Shown: positions 1-10,673, counted from the first letter of the stretch. The stretch is DNA of 64,000 bases from an archaeon (GCA_024276825.1 JAJRWI010000015.1:44723-108722), one strand, 5' to 3'. The notes: generated by a model not told the origin, from the letters alone. Made by a program: numbers and translations.

Positions 1-330
1 GATGAGATATGTCCAAATTGTGGACTACCCAAGGACTTGTGTGTGTGCGAAACCATAGCACAGGAAGAAGCTCGAATAACAGTGAGGGTCGAAAGACGAA
101 AATGGGGCCGACTTACAACGGTCATTGAAGGTTTTGATAAGAATATTGACATTAATGAGTTGGCCACAAAACTGAAGGGAAAACTGGCATGTGGTGGCGC
201 AGCAAAACATGGTCATGTCGAACTTCAGGGGGACCACCGCGGTGTGATTGTCAGCGTGCTCTCACAGATGGGCTTTCCTGAGGACACCATCACTGTTGAT
301 TGGACCTTTAGTCAATCAAGGCGCCGTTAG
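1..330 (+). CDS. sui1: Translation initiation factor aIF1/SUI1, 5'-partial
   Basis: Frame 1 is open from base 1: DEICPNCGLPKDLCVCE...LKGKLACGG...ELQGDHR, the archaeal SUI1 signature. Confidence 0.95.
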   Translation, partial: DEICPNCGLPKDLCVCETIAQEEARITVRVERRKWGRLTTVIEGFDKNIDINELATKLKGKLACGGAAKHGHVELQGDHRGVIVSVLSQMGFPEDTITVDWTFSQSRRR

Positions 331-399
331 TAATATTATCACTTACCAACAATATCCATTATGACGAGAGGAAGTTAGGAATTCATGATGATCTCAGAT

Positions 400-1347
400 C
401 TATGAGATACTCAATGTGTCAATGCCTAGTTTCTGAACTAGCTCTTTGTATCTATTCCGCACGGTGACCTCTGTTACTCTCGCCACCTCGGCAATTTCTC
501 GTTGTGTGCGCCGCTCATCAAGCATTATTGAAGCGATGTAGATTGCCGCAGCGGCCAACCCTAGTGGATCACGGCCAATGGTCAGGCCAAAGTCTCGACC
601 CCGTTCTAATAGTTCAATTGTTCTAAGCTGCACTCTGCTTGATAATGACAGTTCAGAGATGAATCTTCCAATATAGTCAACAGGATTGCTTAATGGGACC
701 TTTAGATTTAGGCTTCTCAATAAAAGACGGTAACATTGTCCCAGCTTCTTTCTACTGACACGTGAGGCATCTGCCACCTCATCCAGGGGCCTTGGCTTCG
801 AACGAATTCTACAAGCGGCATATATCGTGGCAGCGACCATGGCCTCAATCGATCGTCCTCTGACAAGCTTGTTTTGAATTGACTTTCTGTACAAGAGTGC
901 TGCCAATTCTCTGATCTGCGAGGGAATCTGAAGTTGTGAGGCAAGGCGCTCCAGTTCGTTCATGGCTTGAGCAAGGTTTCTATCAAGAGACGAGTGCACT
1001 CTTGAACGTATCTGCCATTTCCTTAATCGATAAATCTCCGAACGTCTTGTGGGGCTTAACTTGCGACCTGACATGTCTTGGTCCCGCCAGTCTATCATAG
1101 TGGATAGTCCTTTATCGTGGATGGTGTATCTTAATGGAGCACCGACCCTGCTTCGCGCATCTGACTCCTCAGCACTAAAGGCCCGCCACTCAGCTCCAGT
1201 GTCGATTCTCCGGTCGGATAATACAAGACCACACCCTCCACAGACTCTCTCACCCCGTGCAAGGTCATCATGAAAGACTGTTGAGCCGCACTCAGGGCAG
1301 ATATATTCACTGGAAGAAGTGTTTGCACCCTTCTTTCGCCCTGCCAT
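400..1347 (-). CDS. tfb: Transcription initiation factor B
   Basis: CPECG...CGGCG Zn ribbon, EWRAF B-reader, two cyclin repeats (RGRSIE, GRDPLGLAAAAIY, VTEVTVRNRYKEL); start set at MAGRKK. Confidence 0.97.
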   Translation of the reverse strand: MAGRKKGANTSSSEYICPECGSTVFHDDLARGERVCGGCGLVLSDRRIDTGAEWRAFSAEESDARSRVGAPLRYTIHDKGLSTMIDWRDQDMSGRKLSPTRRSEIYRLRKWQIRSRVHSSLDRNLAQAMNELERLASQLQIPSQIRELAALLYRKSIQNKLVRGRSIEAMVAATIYAACRIRSKPRPLDEVADASRVSRKKLGQCYRLLLRSLNLKVPLSNPVDYIGRFISELSLSSRVQLRTIELLERGRDFGLTIGRDPLGLAAAAIYIASIMLDERRTQREIAEVARVTEVTVRNRYKELVQKLGIDTLSIS

Positions 1348-1562
1348 TACTTCTTGCGAACGATCCAATCCCAATCCTCTCTCCAAATGGTTTGGGTCGC
1401 AAAGCTGCCAGAAGTCAAAGAGAGGGTCAAAGTTCTAAGACAAGCTCCCAGACCACACTAATGTCTAAAGGTAAAATTTGCTTTTAATGATTGTGGGAAA
1501 AAGAGCATTAGGCATGAACTCACCACTTTAGCACAATAATTATGGATTTGCAGTATGCCATT

Positions 1563-2504
1563 TCAGGTGGTGCGTTCACAACCATCTTCAGTGATTATGA
1601 CTGTATGTTCATGTTGCGAAACAAACTCGCCCTTCTCTTCTGCAAGGATGTGGTGCGCAATGAGTGCACCATTCTGTTGAAGCTCACGGATTGCCATCTT
1701 TAAAGAAGCGTGTTTCATCTGCCTTGCAAGCCAACGTTCTGCAAATGGGAACTCCTTGTATGACTTGCGGGCAATTCCTAAGAACTGCTTGGTCCCTTTG
1801 AAACGGACAGGTACACGAATGGGTAAGAGTTGATAGATCTGTGGATTTGGCAGGTCAGTGACATTTCCAGAACCCGTGCTAGCGAATGTTTCTACAGCGT
1901 ATACTTCACCCTCTTCAACGATGACCTCGGACTTTCCAGACACACAGGGAATCTGCTTTTCAGCATGAAGTTCCCACTCGTTTAATTGGTGTCCGCTGAG
2001 TTGCTTGATAGGCTTGAATCCTGCACTAACAATGGTGTCTTCAATGAGAGCGCCAATTGTGTTGAGTTTGGCGCCAGGACGTAGCATCTTGATTGCGAGT
2101 TCGGTCGCTTCAACTGACGCATGAACAAGTCCTTCATAATCAGGGTTCAATGCGATAGTGAAGGCGGAGTCAGAGATGCATCCATCAATGTGGGCACCAC
2201 AATCGACAGTGACAAGGTCTCCTTCTTGTATCACAGTTTCATCATTCAATGGTGATGTATAATGAGCGGCGATGTTGTTTATTGACACATTACAGGGGAA
2301 TGAGAGACCTGTGGCATGTTCAAGAATATAGCCCTCAACAGCCTCCACAATATCAATCACTTTTGTGCCGGGCTTAATCATAGGCCTTGCCATTTCAAGG
2401 GCCTCTCTTGCAACAACTCCCGCCTTGCGCCACTTGGCCCAGGGGTCGTCTGATTCCTCAGGCTCATTATCATCAACGGATTCAACAGGCTTCTCTTCCG
2501 GCAC
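1563..2504 (-). CDS. map: Methionine aminopeptidase type 2
   Basis: FPCNVSINNIAAHY, DCGAHIDGCISDSAFT, SGH, AVETF, QHEHT metal-ligand motifs. Confidence 0.96.
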   Translation of the reverse strand: MPEEKPVESVDDNEPEESDDPWAKWRKAGVVAREALEMARPMIKPGTKVIDIVEAVEGYILEHATGLSFPCNVSINNIAAHYTSPLNDETVIQEGDLVTVDCGAHIDGCISDSAFTIALNPDYEGLVHASVEATELAIKMLRPGAKLNTIGALIEDTIVSAGFKPIKQLSGHQLNEWELHAEKQIPCVSGKSEVIVEEGEVYAVETFASTGSGNVTDLPNPQIYQLLPIRVPVRFKGTKQFLGIARKSYKEFPFAERWLARQMKHASLKMAIRELQQNGALIAHHILAEEKGEFVSQHEHTVIITEDGCERTT

Positions 2505-2571
2505 AATATCACCTCAGACTACGAAGGTCAACTGAGTGCACATTATAAAAAGTGTTAGCTTGGTGATTAAT

Positions 2572-2970
2572 TTACAAGATTGATTCTATACTTCTAGCCA
2601 CACGGGTCATCATTAGCAACATGTAGCCAAGATTCACCTTCTTGTTGGTGAGAACAGCAAGCAGAGCATCTTTTCCTGCACCGCTAATTATGATGTATCC
2701 ATGCTCACCCTCGATAAACATTCTCACAAAACCACCGCGTTTCAGTTCATCGAAGACGCGACTTGTTGCATCTTGAATCTGCATGGATCGACCAGCAATC
2801 ACGTCTTCTTCAGGAACTTGGCTCTTGTCAACTTTCTCCGGATAATGGCTACAAATGGGAAGTCCTTGAGAAGTAGAGATAATCATGCTTGCCTGCACAT
2901 TACCCTGGGAGGCACGGTTGAGTCCCTCTAGCAGATTGATCAGTTGTTGGGTCTTACTTGACAAATTCAT
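2572..2970 (-). CDS. Roadblock/LC7 (MglB-like) domain protein
   Basis: ASMIISTSQGLPI...MFIEGEHGYIII...LLAVLT...NLG pattern; 132 aa. Confidence 0.85.
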   Translation of the reverse strand: MNLSSKTQQLINLLEGLNRASQGNVQASMIISTSQGLPICSHYPEKVDKSQVPEEDVIAGRSMQIQDATSRVFDELKRGGFVRMFIEGEHGYIIISGAGKDALLAVLTNKKVNLGYMLLMMTRVARSIESIL

Positions 2971-3030
2971 TCCTCCCGTGGTGAGGTAATAATGTTACTA
3001 GATTATTTAAACATGAATGGTGTCAACTAT

Positions 3031-3801
3031 TCAAATCTTTTCAGCACCCACTGCTTTAAGACCTTCTATGATGTTTCGAAGTCCCTTGCCCTTGTCCTCA
3101 AGAATGTGCTTCTCAAGGTAGGTTCCTTGTACGACAATCGAAGCGCCTGCCTTAACAGCATTGACGACAGACTCGCGATCATTAAAACCACCGCCCGTAA
3201 TCAAGGGTATGTTGGTGAGCTGAGACACAACAGAGATGAATTCTGGTGGAACGCCGCCTCCCTCAGCACCACTACCAGCCTCGAGATAAACAAGTTTGAA
3301 GCCTATCAGTTCTGCCGCCATGGCATATGCCAGTGCAAGCTTTGGCTTGTCCCTTGGAAATACCTTGGCGTCTCCGACCCATGCTGCGGTCTTACCAGGT
3401 GCAACTAGGAGATATGCCATAGAGATAGGTTCAATCTCACTGAGCTTGACGTTAGCTGCCGCTAGAGCCTGTGCGTGAATAATCCAATATGGGTTAGTAC
3501 TATTCAGAAGACTCATGAAGAACATGGCGTCTGCGTATCTCGACACTCCAGATATGTTGCCTGGGAACAATATGGTTGGAATCTCAACAGCATCGGTGAT
3601 TGCCTTGACTGCCTCATCGATGATCCCGAAGGCAGTGCTGCCTCCAATCATTATGGCATCAGTGCCTGCCGACTCTGCAAATCTAGCAATCTTCACACAG
3701 GACTCAACACCCATCTTCAAGGGATCTGGGTCAATCAGACTGAAATGAAGAGCTCCCTCTTTATTGAGCTTCTCAGTGATGTAATTCCATACTCTTCCCA
3801 T
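3031..3801 (-). CDS. Geranylgeranylglyceryl phosphate synthase (group II)
   Basis: LIDPD, IMIGGS, ILFPG, SLLNS, YLEAGSGA, GGG motifs. Confidence 0.95.
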   Translation of the reverse strand: MGRVWNYITEKLNKEGALHFSLIDPDPLKMGVESCVKIARFAESAGTDAIMIGGSTAFGIIDEAVKAITDAVEIPTILFPGNISGVSRYADAMFFMSLLNSTNPYWIIHAQALAAANVKLSEIEPISMAYLLVAPGKTAAWVGDAKVFPRDKPKLALAYAMAAELIGFKLVYLEAGSGAEGGGVPPEFISVVSQLTNIPLITGGGFNDRESVVNAVKAGASIVVQGTYLEKHILEDKGKGLRNIIEGLKAVGAEKI

Positions 3802-3891
3802 TCTAATGGTCTCCTAGAGTTAGAAAGGAGCACGGATGTCCTTCTTTTTATCATTTTGGTGCTCAAGTAATGAGTACAAATCTCAGATTTT

Positions 3892-4524
3892 TCATAAATG
3901 TCGAAGTCTGGGAAACAGCATCCCTGTTGATTTTTGGTATTCAATGTATCTATCACCAAAATATCTTACTAGCATGACTTCTTCCCTTATTGCGACCGAG
4001 TAGTAGCCAGGAATGCCAATCAGAAGCATTAGAGTTACTAGTGAGGGAATTAGAATAAAAAGACCTGTGAAAATCATTATGTATGATGAGTAAGATGGAT
4101 GGCGTATTATCGAGTAAGGCCCCGTAGTCACAAGCTCATGATTTGCACTCATCTCCCACGATATTACTTTTGCCTTACGTTCAGCTCTTGACCATAAATG
4201 AAAAACCAGCCCAATAACAACCATTGTTAGTCCCAGTATCCATATTGGTTCAGGAGGATCAATAATTTGGAATATAATTAAGAAACTAAGCAAGCTGACA
4301 TTTGCAGTCATCCATGATATAATGATCGCAAGAATTACTGCCATTGCTCCTAATGTAGATATAGCCACAGCAACAATTGCAAATGCAGAGTTTTGATCTT
4401 CAGAATTATGATACATTATTTCTGGTCTACTCTTAATCTTCCTGTAGTCATAGTAGAGATGAACAAGTATGTCAATGAATACAATCGGAGTGATGAGAGT
4501 CCCAGTGATGCTCAGATCAAACAT
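3892..4524 (-). CDS. Isoprenylcysteine carboxyl methyltransferase/PEMT-family membrane protein
   Basis: Several TM helices; LVTTGPYSIIRHPSY...EE..L...FG..Y..Y motif. Confidence 0.85.
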   Translation of the reverse strand: MFDLSITGTLITPIVFIDILVHLYYDYRKIKSRPEIMYHNSEDQNSAFAIVAVAISTLGAMAVILAIIISWMTANVSLLSFLIIFQIIDPPEPIWILGLTMVVIGLVFHLWSRAERKAKVISWEMSANHELVTTGPYSIIRHPSYSSYIMIFTGLFILIPSLVTLMLLIGIPGYYSVAIREEVMLVRYFGDRYIEYQKSTGMLFPRLRHL

Positions 4525-4674
4525 GCGATGTTGATTGTATGTCTATTATAAAGAATTTATCAATAGATGATGATTTTTGCAGATTATTGCAATCGTAAGG
4601 CTTTATTACTGCAAGTTCTCTGGCCGCTTGCATCATTCGTGCATTAATATCACTACATACCTGAGGATACAGTC

Positions 4675-6639
4675 ATGGCCGAACCAAGAATAGGAGTTTT
4701 TCTCTGTCATTGTGGAAGCAATATAGCTGGGGTCGTTGATATTCCAAGAGTTCTTGAAGTAGTGAAGGGGCTCCCAAATGTTATTCATGCAGAAGAGTAC
4801 AAATATGTCTGCTCTAAGCCGGGACAGCAGATAATCAAGGACAGAATCAGAGAGCATGGCTTGACCAGAGTTGTCATAGGGGCATGTTCTCCCAGAATGC
4901 ATGAAACCACCTTCAGGCAAACGATGCGAGAAGCAGACCTGAACCCATACCTCCTTGAGATTGCCAATATTCGAGAACACTGCTCATGGATCCATCAGGA
5001 CAACCCTGAAGCTGCTACAGACAAGGCCATTGACTTGGTCAGGATGAGCATTGCACGGGCCAGACTTCTTGAACCGCTTGAGGAAACAGAGGTCGAGATC
5101 AAAAAGGCATCACTTGTGATTGGTGGTGGTATTGCGGGAATCTCAGCAGCCCTTGACCTTGCTAATGCAGGATTCAAGGTATACTTGATTGAGAAACGCC
5201 CATCGATTGGTGGAAACATGGCACGGATTGACAAGACATTCCCCACCCTCGATTGCTCCTCATGTATTCTGACACCACGAATGGCTGAGGCCGGATCACA
5301 TCCAAACATTGAGTTGTTGACACTTGCAAAGGTTGACAAGGTGGATGGATATGTGGGCAATTTCACCGTCACAATCAAGAAGCTGCCAAGGTATGTGGAT
5401 ATTGACAAATGCACATCTTGTGGGGACTGCGCTTCAATCTGTCCTGTAGACATCCCCTCAGAGTTTGATGCATTTCTAGCATATCGAAAGGCAATATACA
5501 TCCCCTTTGCCCAAGCCGTCCCCTCTGCATATGTTTTGGACATGGAAAACTGCCTTGGTGTTGATGCAGTCAGATGTGGAAAATGCAAGACTGCGTGTGA
5601 GGCGGATGCTATAGACTATGATGATCATGAGAGGTTAATCAAAGTAGAGGTCGGTACAATAATTGTTGCAACGGGCTACGAGATCTTTGATGCTTCTCAA
5701 AAGGAAGAGTATGGCTATGGCGAGTTTCCAAATGTGGTCAACTTGATGGAAGTCGAACGAATGTTGAACTCTGCAGGACCGACTCAGGGACACATCACAA
5801 GACCCTCAGACTTAAAGGAGGCCAAACGCATTGTATATGTTCAATGCGTTGGAAGCCGGGATGAACGAACGAACAGTTATTGCTCTCGGGTATGTTGCAT
5901 GACTGCAGTGAAGCAGGCAAGAATGATTCGTGAAAAGACTGGTGCGGAGGTCTATGTGTTCTATATTGATCTGCGCTCATTTGGCAAGGGATATGAGGAG
6001 TTCTATGAAACTACAGCTCGGCAGGGAGTGACGTTCATCCGAGGGCGTGTTGGAGAGATCATTGAGGACCTAGATACTCACAATTTGACTGTCAGGGGCG
6101 AGGACACACTTCTTAGCAAACCAATTGAATTACATGATGTTGATCTCGTTGTTCTCTCCACGGGCATTGTCCCACCAGTTGATGTAAGAGAAGTCGCCAA
6201 AGCTCTTAACCTGAGTTTCTCGCCTGACGGATTTCTCATGGAAGCCCATCCGAAACTCAGGCCTGTTGACTCGTTCAACGATGGGGTCTTTGTTGCTGGA
6301 ATGGCACAGGGCCCCAAAGATATCCCCGACACCGTGGCTCAAGCAAAGGCGGCAGCTGCAGGAGCAATGGCCCTGATGGGTAGAGGAAAGATAACAATCG
6401 AGCCATATTACTCTGTTATAGATGAGGACAGGTGTTCTGGCTGTAAAGTGTGTGTCACAGTCTGCCCATATAGTGCGATCAGAATTAATGAACGAGGGCA
6501 TGCAGAAGTCAATCCTGCTCTCTGTAAGGGATGCGGTACATGCACAGCATCATGCACAAGTGGTGCCATAAAGTCCCAACATTACACCGACGGACAGATA
6601 GCTGCAATGATTGAAGAGTACCTGTCAACTTTTGAGTGA
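4675..6639 (+). CDS. hdrA: Heterodisulfide reductase subunit A-like flavo-iron-sulfur protein
   Basis: RIGVFLCHCGSNI, ACSPR, NIREHCSW, GGGIAG FAD loop, KTFPTLDCSSC, CVGSRD, CSRVCC, ferredoxin motifs. Confidence 0.97.
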   Translation: MAEPRIGVFLCHCGSNIAGVVDIPRVLEVVKGLPNVIHAEEYKYVCSKPGQQIIKDRIREHGLTRVVIGACSPRMHETTFRQTMREADLNPYLLEIANIREHCSWIHQDNPEAATDKAIDLVRMSIARARLLEPLEETEVEIKKASLVIGGGIAGISAALDLANAGFKVYLIEKRPSIGGNMARIDKTFPTLDCSSCILTPRMAEAGSHPNIELLTLAKVDKVDGYVGNFTVTIKKLPRYVDIDKCTSCGDCASICPVDIPSEFDAFLAYRKAIYIPFAQAVPSAYVLDMENCLGVDAVRCGKCKTACEADAIDYDDHERLIKVEVGTIIVATGYEIFDASQKEEYGYGEFPNVVNLMEVERMLNSAGPTQGHITRPSDLKEAKRIVYVQCVGSRDERTNSYCSRVCCMTAVKQARMIREKTGAEVYVFYIDLRSFGKGYEEFYETTARQGVTFIRGRVGEIIEDLDTHNLTVRGEDTLLSKPIELHDVDLVVLSTGIVPPVDVREVAKALNLSFSPDGFLMEAHPKLRPVDSFNDGVFVAGMAQGPKDIPDTVAQAKAAAAGAMALMGRGKITIEPYYSVIDEDRCSGCKVCVTVCPYSAIRINERGHAEVNPALCKGCGTCTASCTSGAIKSQHYTDGQIAAMIEEYLSTFE

Positions 6640-6670
6640 TGGTGGTCAGAGTAGAAGTGAGTGATTTCAG

Positions 6671-7288
6671 TTGAGAGAGAGAGACCTTACTACAGCAGTT
6701 CTTGCTGGGGGCAATTCTGAACGATTTGGGTCATATAAGGCCCTTGCACACTTTAGAGGGACTCCTCTAATCAAACATATGGTAGAGATTGCAAAACATC
6801 TCTCCGAAAAGATACTGATTGTGGTTTCAAATGATGAGCAGAGAGCAGAGATTGAGAACATTGTTAGTAAAGTGAAGATTGTTACTGATCCTGCAAACGC
6901 GCCACGTTGCGCTCTCACAGGAGCCATTACTGCCTTTGAGTTTGCAGACACAAAACACACTATGCTCCTGCCAGTTGATACTCCCTTAGCAAGAGTGGAG
7001 ATACTACAGATAATAGCTGATCTTGCAGGTCTACACGGAGCTGTGATTCCAACCTGGCCCAACGGGTACATTGAGCCATTACATTCAGTGTATCATTCAG
7101 AGCATGCATATGGCCAAGGGCTCAAGGTCATCCGTGAAGGTAGTCACAAAATGAAGGACATGATAGCCTCCCTTGAAAACGTGCTTGGGATCTCAACACA
7201 TGTGTTGAAGCAGTTTGATCCGGATCTGTTGACCTTCAGGAATGTCAACACAAGGGATGATCTGAGAGAACTTGAGAGATTGGTCTAG
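6671..7288 (+). CDS. mobA: Molybdenum cofactor guanylyltransferase
   Basis: VLAGGNSERFG..KAL, PVDTP, EPLHSVY, FRNVNT..DL. Confidence 0.9.
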   Translation: MRERDLTTAVLAGGNSERFGSYKALAHFRGTPLIKHMVEIAKHLSEKILIVVSNDEQRAEIENIVSKVKIVTDPANAPRCALTGAITAFEFADTKHTMLLPVDTPLARVEILQIIADLAGLHGAVIPTWPNGYIEPLHSVYHSEHAYGQGLKVIREGSHKMKDMIASLENVLGISTHVLKQFDPDLLTFRNVNTRDDLRELERLV

Positions 7289-8364
7289 AGGGCTCCGCTC
7301 TCATGATGAATTCTGCAAGTGCCTTCATGGCCGACCATACATGGGCCATATGGGTCTTCGGGAGTGCATCGTTTTCCAAAGAGCTTGCACTCTTTGGGTT
7401 CTATCATTCCCAAAATGACCTCATGGCATCTACAGCCCGGCAGAATGTCAATCGACTCGATTGGGGAAAAGTCGTATCTTTCGCGTGCATCATGTCTTGC
7501 GAACTCATCACGAATGTAGTATCCTGATTTCTTGATGACTCCGAGACCTCGCCATGGTGCGTCATCAATATAGAATGCGTGCCTGAGCATCTTCTGTGCC
7601 ACAAGGTTGCCCTCTGGCTTGACTACACGGGTATACTCGTTCTCAGAAGTCGCCCTGCCATCATTAATCTGGTTAAGGATCATTCTAATTGCCTCTAGTA
7701 CATCAAGAGGCTCAAACCCTGCGGCCACACAGGGCACCCTGTGTTTTTCCGCAAAGGGCCTGAATGCGTTTGTTCCAATGATTGTGCTCACATGCCCTGG
7801 TGTAATAAAGCCATCAACATTGAACCCTTCAAGGCTGACGAGTATCTCCATTGCTGGGGGAATTACCTTAAGAGATGTGAGAATGGAGAAGTTATCAGGA
7901 GGCCCCCTCAGAATCTCAACAGCCATTGTGGGTGCAGTGGTCTCGAAACCAGCACCGATGAAGATCACATCCTTTTCAGGGTTCGCCTTTGCAATCTCGA
8001 CTGCCTCATTTACGCCGTAAACTACTCTAACATCAGCGCCACGCATCCGCTCTTTCACTAGGGAAGAGGAAGTGGATGGGACTTGAATCATGTCTCCAAA
8101 TGATGTAATAATGTGTCCCATTCGTGCCAACTCAATTGCCATATCAACGTCCTCAGCGGCACATACACAGACGGGACATCCTGGACCAGCCACAAGTTTG
8201 ATGTTATTTGGCAGAATCGAGCGTAATCCATGCCTTGTGATTGTGTCTTCATGAGTACCACATACATGAACAATTCGAATGTTCTTCCCTTCACTCAATT
8301 GTTCAATTTCCTGAGCAATGGCCTTGGCATATTTAGAATCTCGGAAAGGACGAGTGTCAATCAT
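7285..8364 (-). CDS. hypD: [NiFe]-hydrogenase maturation protein HypD
   Basis: HVCGTHE, GPGCPVC, GFETTAP, PGHVS, GFEP, GPCMV.HEG.C motifs. Confidence 0.97.
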   Translation of the reverse strand: MIDTRPFRDSKYAKAIAQEIEQLSEGKNIRIVHVCGTHEDTITRHGLRSILPNNIKLVAGPGCPVCVCAAEDVDMAIELARMGHIITSFGDMIQVPSTSSSLVKERMRGADVRVVYGVNEAVEIAKANPEKDVIFIGAGFETTAPTMAVEILRGPPDNFSILTSLKVIPPAMEILVSLEGFNVDGFITPGHVSTIIGTNAFRPFAEKHRVPCVAAGFEPLDVLEAIRMILNQINDGRATSENEYTRVVKPEGNLVAQKMLRHAFYIDDAPWRGLGVIKKSGYYIRDEFARHDARERYDFSPIESIDILPGCRCHEVILGMIEPKECKLFGKRCTPEDPYGPCMVGHEGTCRIHHESGAL

Positions 8365-8432
8365 AATGAATCAGACCATCAATGCAATGATTATTCTGCA
8401 TAAAAGAAGTAGGCTATGGCAAGGCAATCAGA

Positions 8433-8750
8433 TCAATGAGTTTGAAGAGTGACGAACTCATCAATTATGACCATTGCCTCGCCAAGTGATATTGACAGTA
8501 GACTGGCCAATTGTTTTGGCGTTATAGAAGGATTATTGTTCAGAATATTGTTCCATGCGTATCCTGCAATATTGGGATACAGTGGATTTCTCTTGACAGT
8601 TTCCACCAGAATCTCCCAGAAGTATGTACGTTTTAGCTCAGCAATATTAGTATCCAGCATTGGTAATGGAACACTTCCACTGCTCACAATTTCAGGAGGT
8701 TGAATTGGAGAATCATCATCACTGAGATCAGATAGCCTTGCCTGTTTCAC
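8433..8750 (-). CDS. Hypothetical protein (possible C-terminal HTH)
   Basis: 105-aa ORF in the hypD orientation; helical C-terminus (ITPKQLASLLSISLGEA). Confidence 0.55.
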   Translation of the reverse strand: MKQARLSDLSDDDSPIQPPEIVSSGSVPLPMLDTNIAELKRTYFWEILVETVKRNPLYPNIAGYAWNNILNNNPSITPKQLASLLSISLGEAMVIIDEFVTLQTH

Positions 8751-8968
8751 TTAGACGTCCCTTCCCGGCGTTATACGAGTCTGGGCTAAGACTCGAAGTA
8801 ATAATGGAACTATCCCATTATAAGCATTGAGGCGTTCTGTTATGCATTTTAGTTAGAATAGATGATGATTTGATTAAATAAGTAGCAGCGATGAAAAGGA
8901 CTACGTAGGAATATTTAACAGTCTATTATGATGAGGACTACAAGAAATAGACCACTAAGGTCAATAAT

Positions 8969-9283
8969 ATGGGGTTTGGAATCAAAGTGCCTGAAGGAAT
9001 AAGGCGCCTAGTACTAGATGTTTTGAAACCACACGAACCGTTGTTAACGGATTTAGCGTTAATGGTGTCTCGTGATAAAAATGTGAGTGGAGTGAACATC
9101 AGCCTGAAAGAGGTTGATCAGAACACAGAGTCTATCACCATCACACTTGAGGGTGATAATCTGGACTATATGGCAATCAAAGAGATTCTTGAGCAGGCGG
9201 GTGCAGTCATCCACTCAATAGATCAGGTTGTAGCAGGTCGAAGATTCGTTGAGGAAGTGAATTTGCAACCAGAGAATAGTTAG
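8969..9283 (+). CDS. DUF211-family archaeal protein
   Basis: IRRLVLDVLKPHEP...GAVIHSIDQVVAG signature. Confidence 0.9.
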   Translation: MGFGIKVPEGIRRLVLDVLKPHEPLLTDLALMVSRDKNVSGVNISLKEVDQNTESITITLEGDNLDYMAIKEILEQAGAVIHSIDQVVAGRRFVEEVNLQPENS

Positions 9284-9284
9284 T

Positions 9285-9941
9285 TCATGGCGACTTGCCA
9301 TGTATCTCTGAGAGCAATTTTTCACTCTCCTCCTCTATTTTACGCTGAACTAGATTAAACAGTTCCTGCTCGAAGGCAGAGGGAAGAATTTTTACAACAT
9401 TAATGAGTTGATCAACAATTTTCTCAGTCAGAGCATCAGCCGCTTTGAAAACGCCCTTTACAATGCTTCTGACAATTTCTTCACCCACACTATTACGAAC
9501 AACTGAATTGATCACAGAAGTGATTGTTCCCTGCGGGTCTAAGAAGAAGGGCAGATGATTCTTGTCCCGGAGTACTGCAAAACCCAGTTTTTCAGCAATA
9601 CACTCAGTATACCATTCAAGACTGGACTCTTTCAGCAACAGCTTGTTTGCAAACTCGGTCTTTGTGAGGGGGTTTGGATAACTCCATGCATGCCGAATTA
9701 CCATGTACAAGGCGGCACCGAAGAACGGCTCTGACTCGCGAGGGAGACCTTCCTGAAACACATATCTGCGTATGAGATCAAGAGCAAGAAACTCATACCT
9801 TTCGTCCACATTATATTCTGCAAAGAATTCATGAGCATCTCTCACTGTATTCACGATAATGTGGGGACTCGCACCAATGTCAATACCCTCGCTATGATAC
9901 AAATCACGCATATCTCCATGCATTATTAGTTGATAACTCAT
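9285..9941 (-). CDS. Hypothetical protein
   Basis: 218-aa ORF with protein-like composition; no family recognised. Confidence 0.7.
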   Translation of the reverse strand: MSYQLIMHGDMRDLYHSEGIDIGASPHIIVNTVRDAHEFFAEYNVDERYEFLALDLIRRYVFQEGLPRESEPFFGAALYMVIRHAWSYPNPLTKTEFANKLLLKESSLEWYTECIAEKLGFAVLRDKNHLPFFLDPQGTITSVINSVVRNSVGEEIVRSIVKGVFKAADALTEKIVDQLINVVKILPSAFEQELFNLVQRKIEEESEKLLSEIHGKSP

Positions 9942-10001
9942 GATTAAAGCTTAATATTTCTGTTGCATAGAATAGCAGTGGGGCGCGTTAAGAAACTCCA
10001 G

Positions 10002-10592
10002 TCATTTTTCCTTGTATGTCTTCTCAAGAGTCCAACGAACACGTCTCTGAATATCTTTAAGGCGCTCCTCACTTCCATAGTTCTTTATCACGAGTTTCTT
10101 CAATATTCCATCTTCTGCAATCACTTCAAAATCAAAGGCGTCATTCCATTCAATCTCGCCATTCTCCACCCTGTGCCTGTCCTCTTGTTGATATCCGCCC
10201 AATGTGCGTTCGGTCAGAAATCTGGCAAAGGCACCGAGTTTGATGTCATATACAGCATGGTCAGCAGGGATTATTGTGATTGTGCGTTCATCCACTATCA
10301 TTGTTGCAAGATTTAGATTGCGTTGCTTGTTCATCAGGACAATCTCATATGGGAATGTACGCTCGGGCGGTTTGGTCATGGAAGCTTGTGGTGCGGATGA
10401 GGATGTAGGAGGTTCAGCTTTAAGGCCAACATCAGCAGTCGAAAAGCTGCTTTTGCTAATCATCGAGTCAATCAGTTGCAAGTATTCCTCTAATTTGGCA
10501 GTCATGCTTGTTACCTTGTCAATATACTCCACAATGCCTTTCTTCAGGGCCAGGAGGTTCTTGATGGTTTCATCATCCATGGTCAGCACCAA
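10002..10592 (-). CDS. Conserved archaeal hypothetical protein (N-terminal coiled coil)
   Basis: Heptad-rich N-terminus, P/S/T linker, globular C-domain ending IKNYG..ERL..I...VRWTLEK. Confidence 0.75.
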   Translation of the reverse strand: MVLTMDDETIKNLLALKKGIVEYIDKVTSMTAKLEEYLQLIDSMISKSSFSTADVGLKAEPPTSSSAPQASMTKPPERTFPYEIVLMNKQRNLNLATMIVDERTITIIPADHAVYDIKLGAFARFLTERTLGGYQQEDRHRVENGEIEWNDAFDFEVIAEDGILKKLVIKNYGSEERLKDIQRRVRWTLEKTYKEK

Positions 10593-10673
10593 CTCTGCAG
10601 TGCAATTCTTTCACACTATAACATATGATATCTTGTGTTATTGAATTCATGCATTACGTATTTCAAGAAAGAA

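Noticed and set aside
4675-6639. Selenocysteine in HdrA
   Set aside because: ORF is uninterrupted; the DCSSC motif uses TGC/TGT and there is no in-frame TGA
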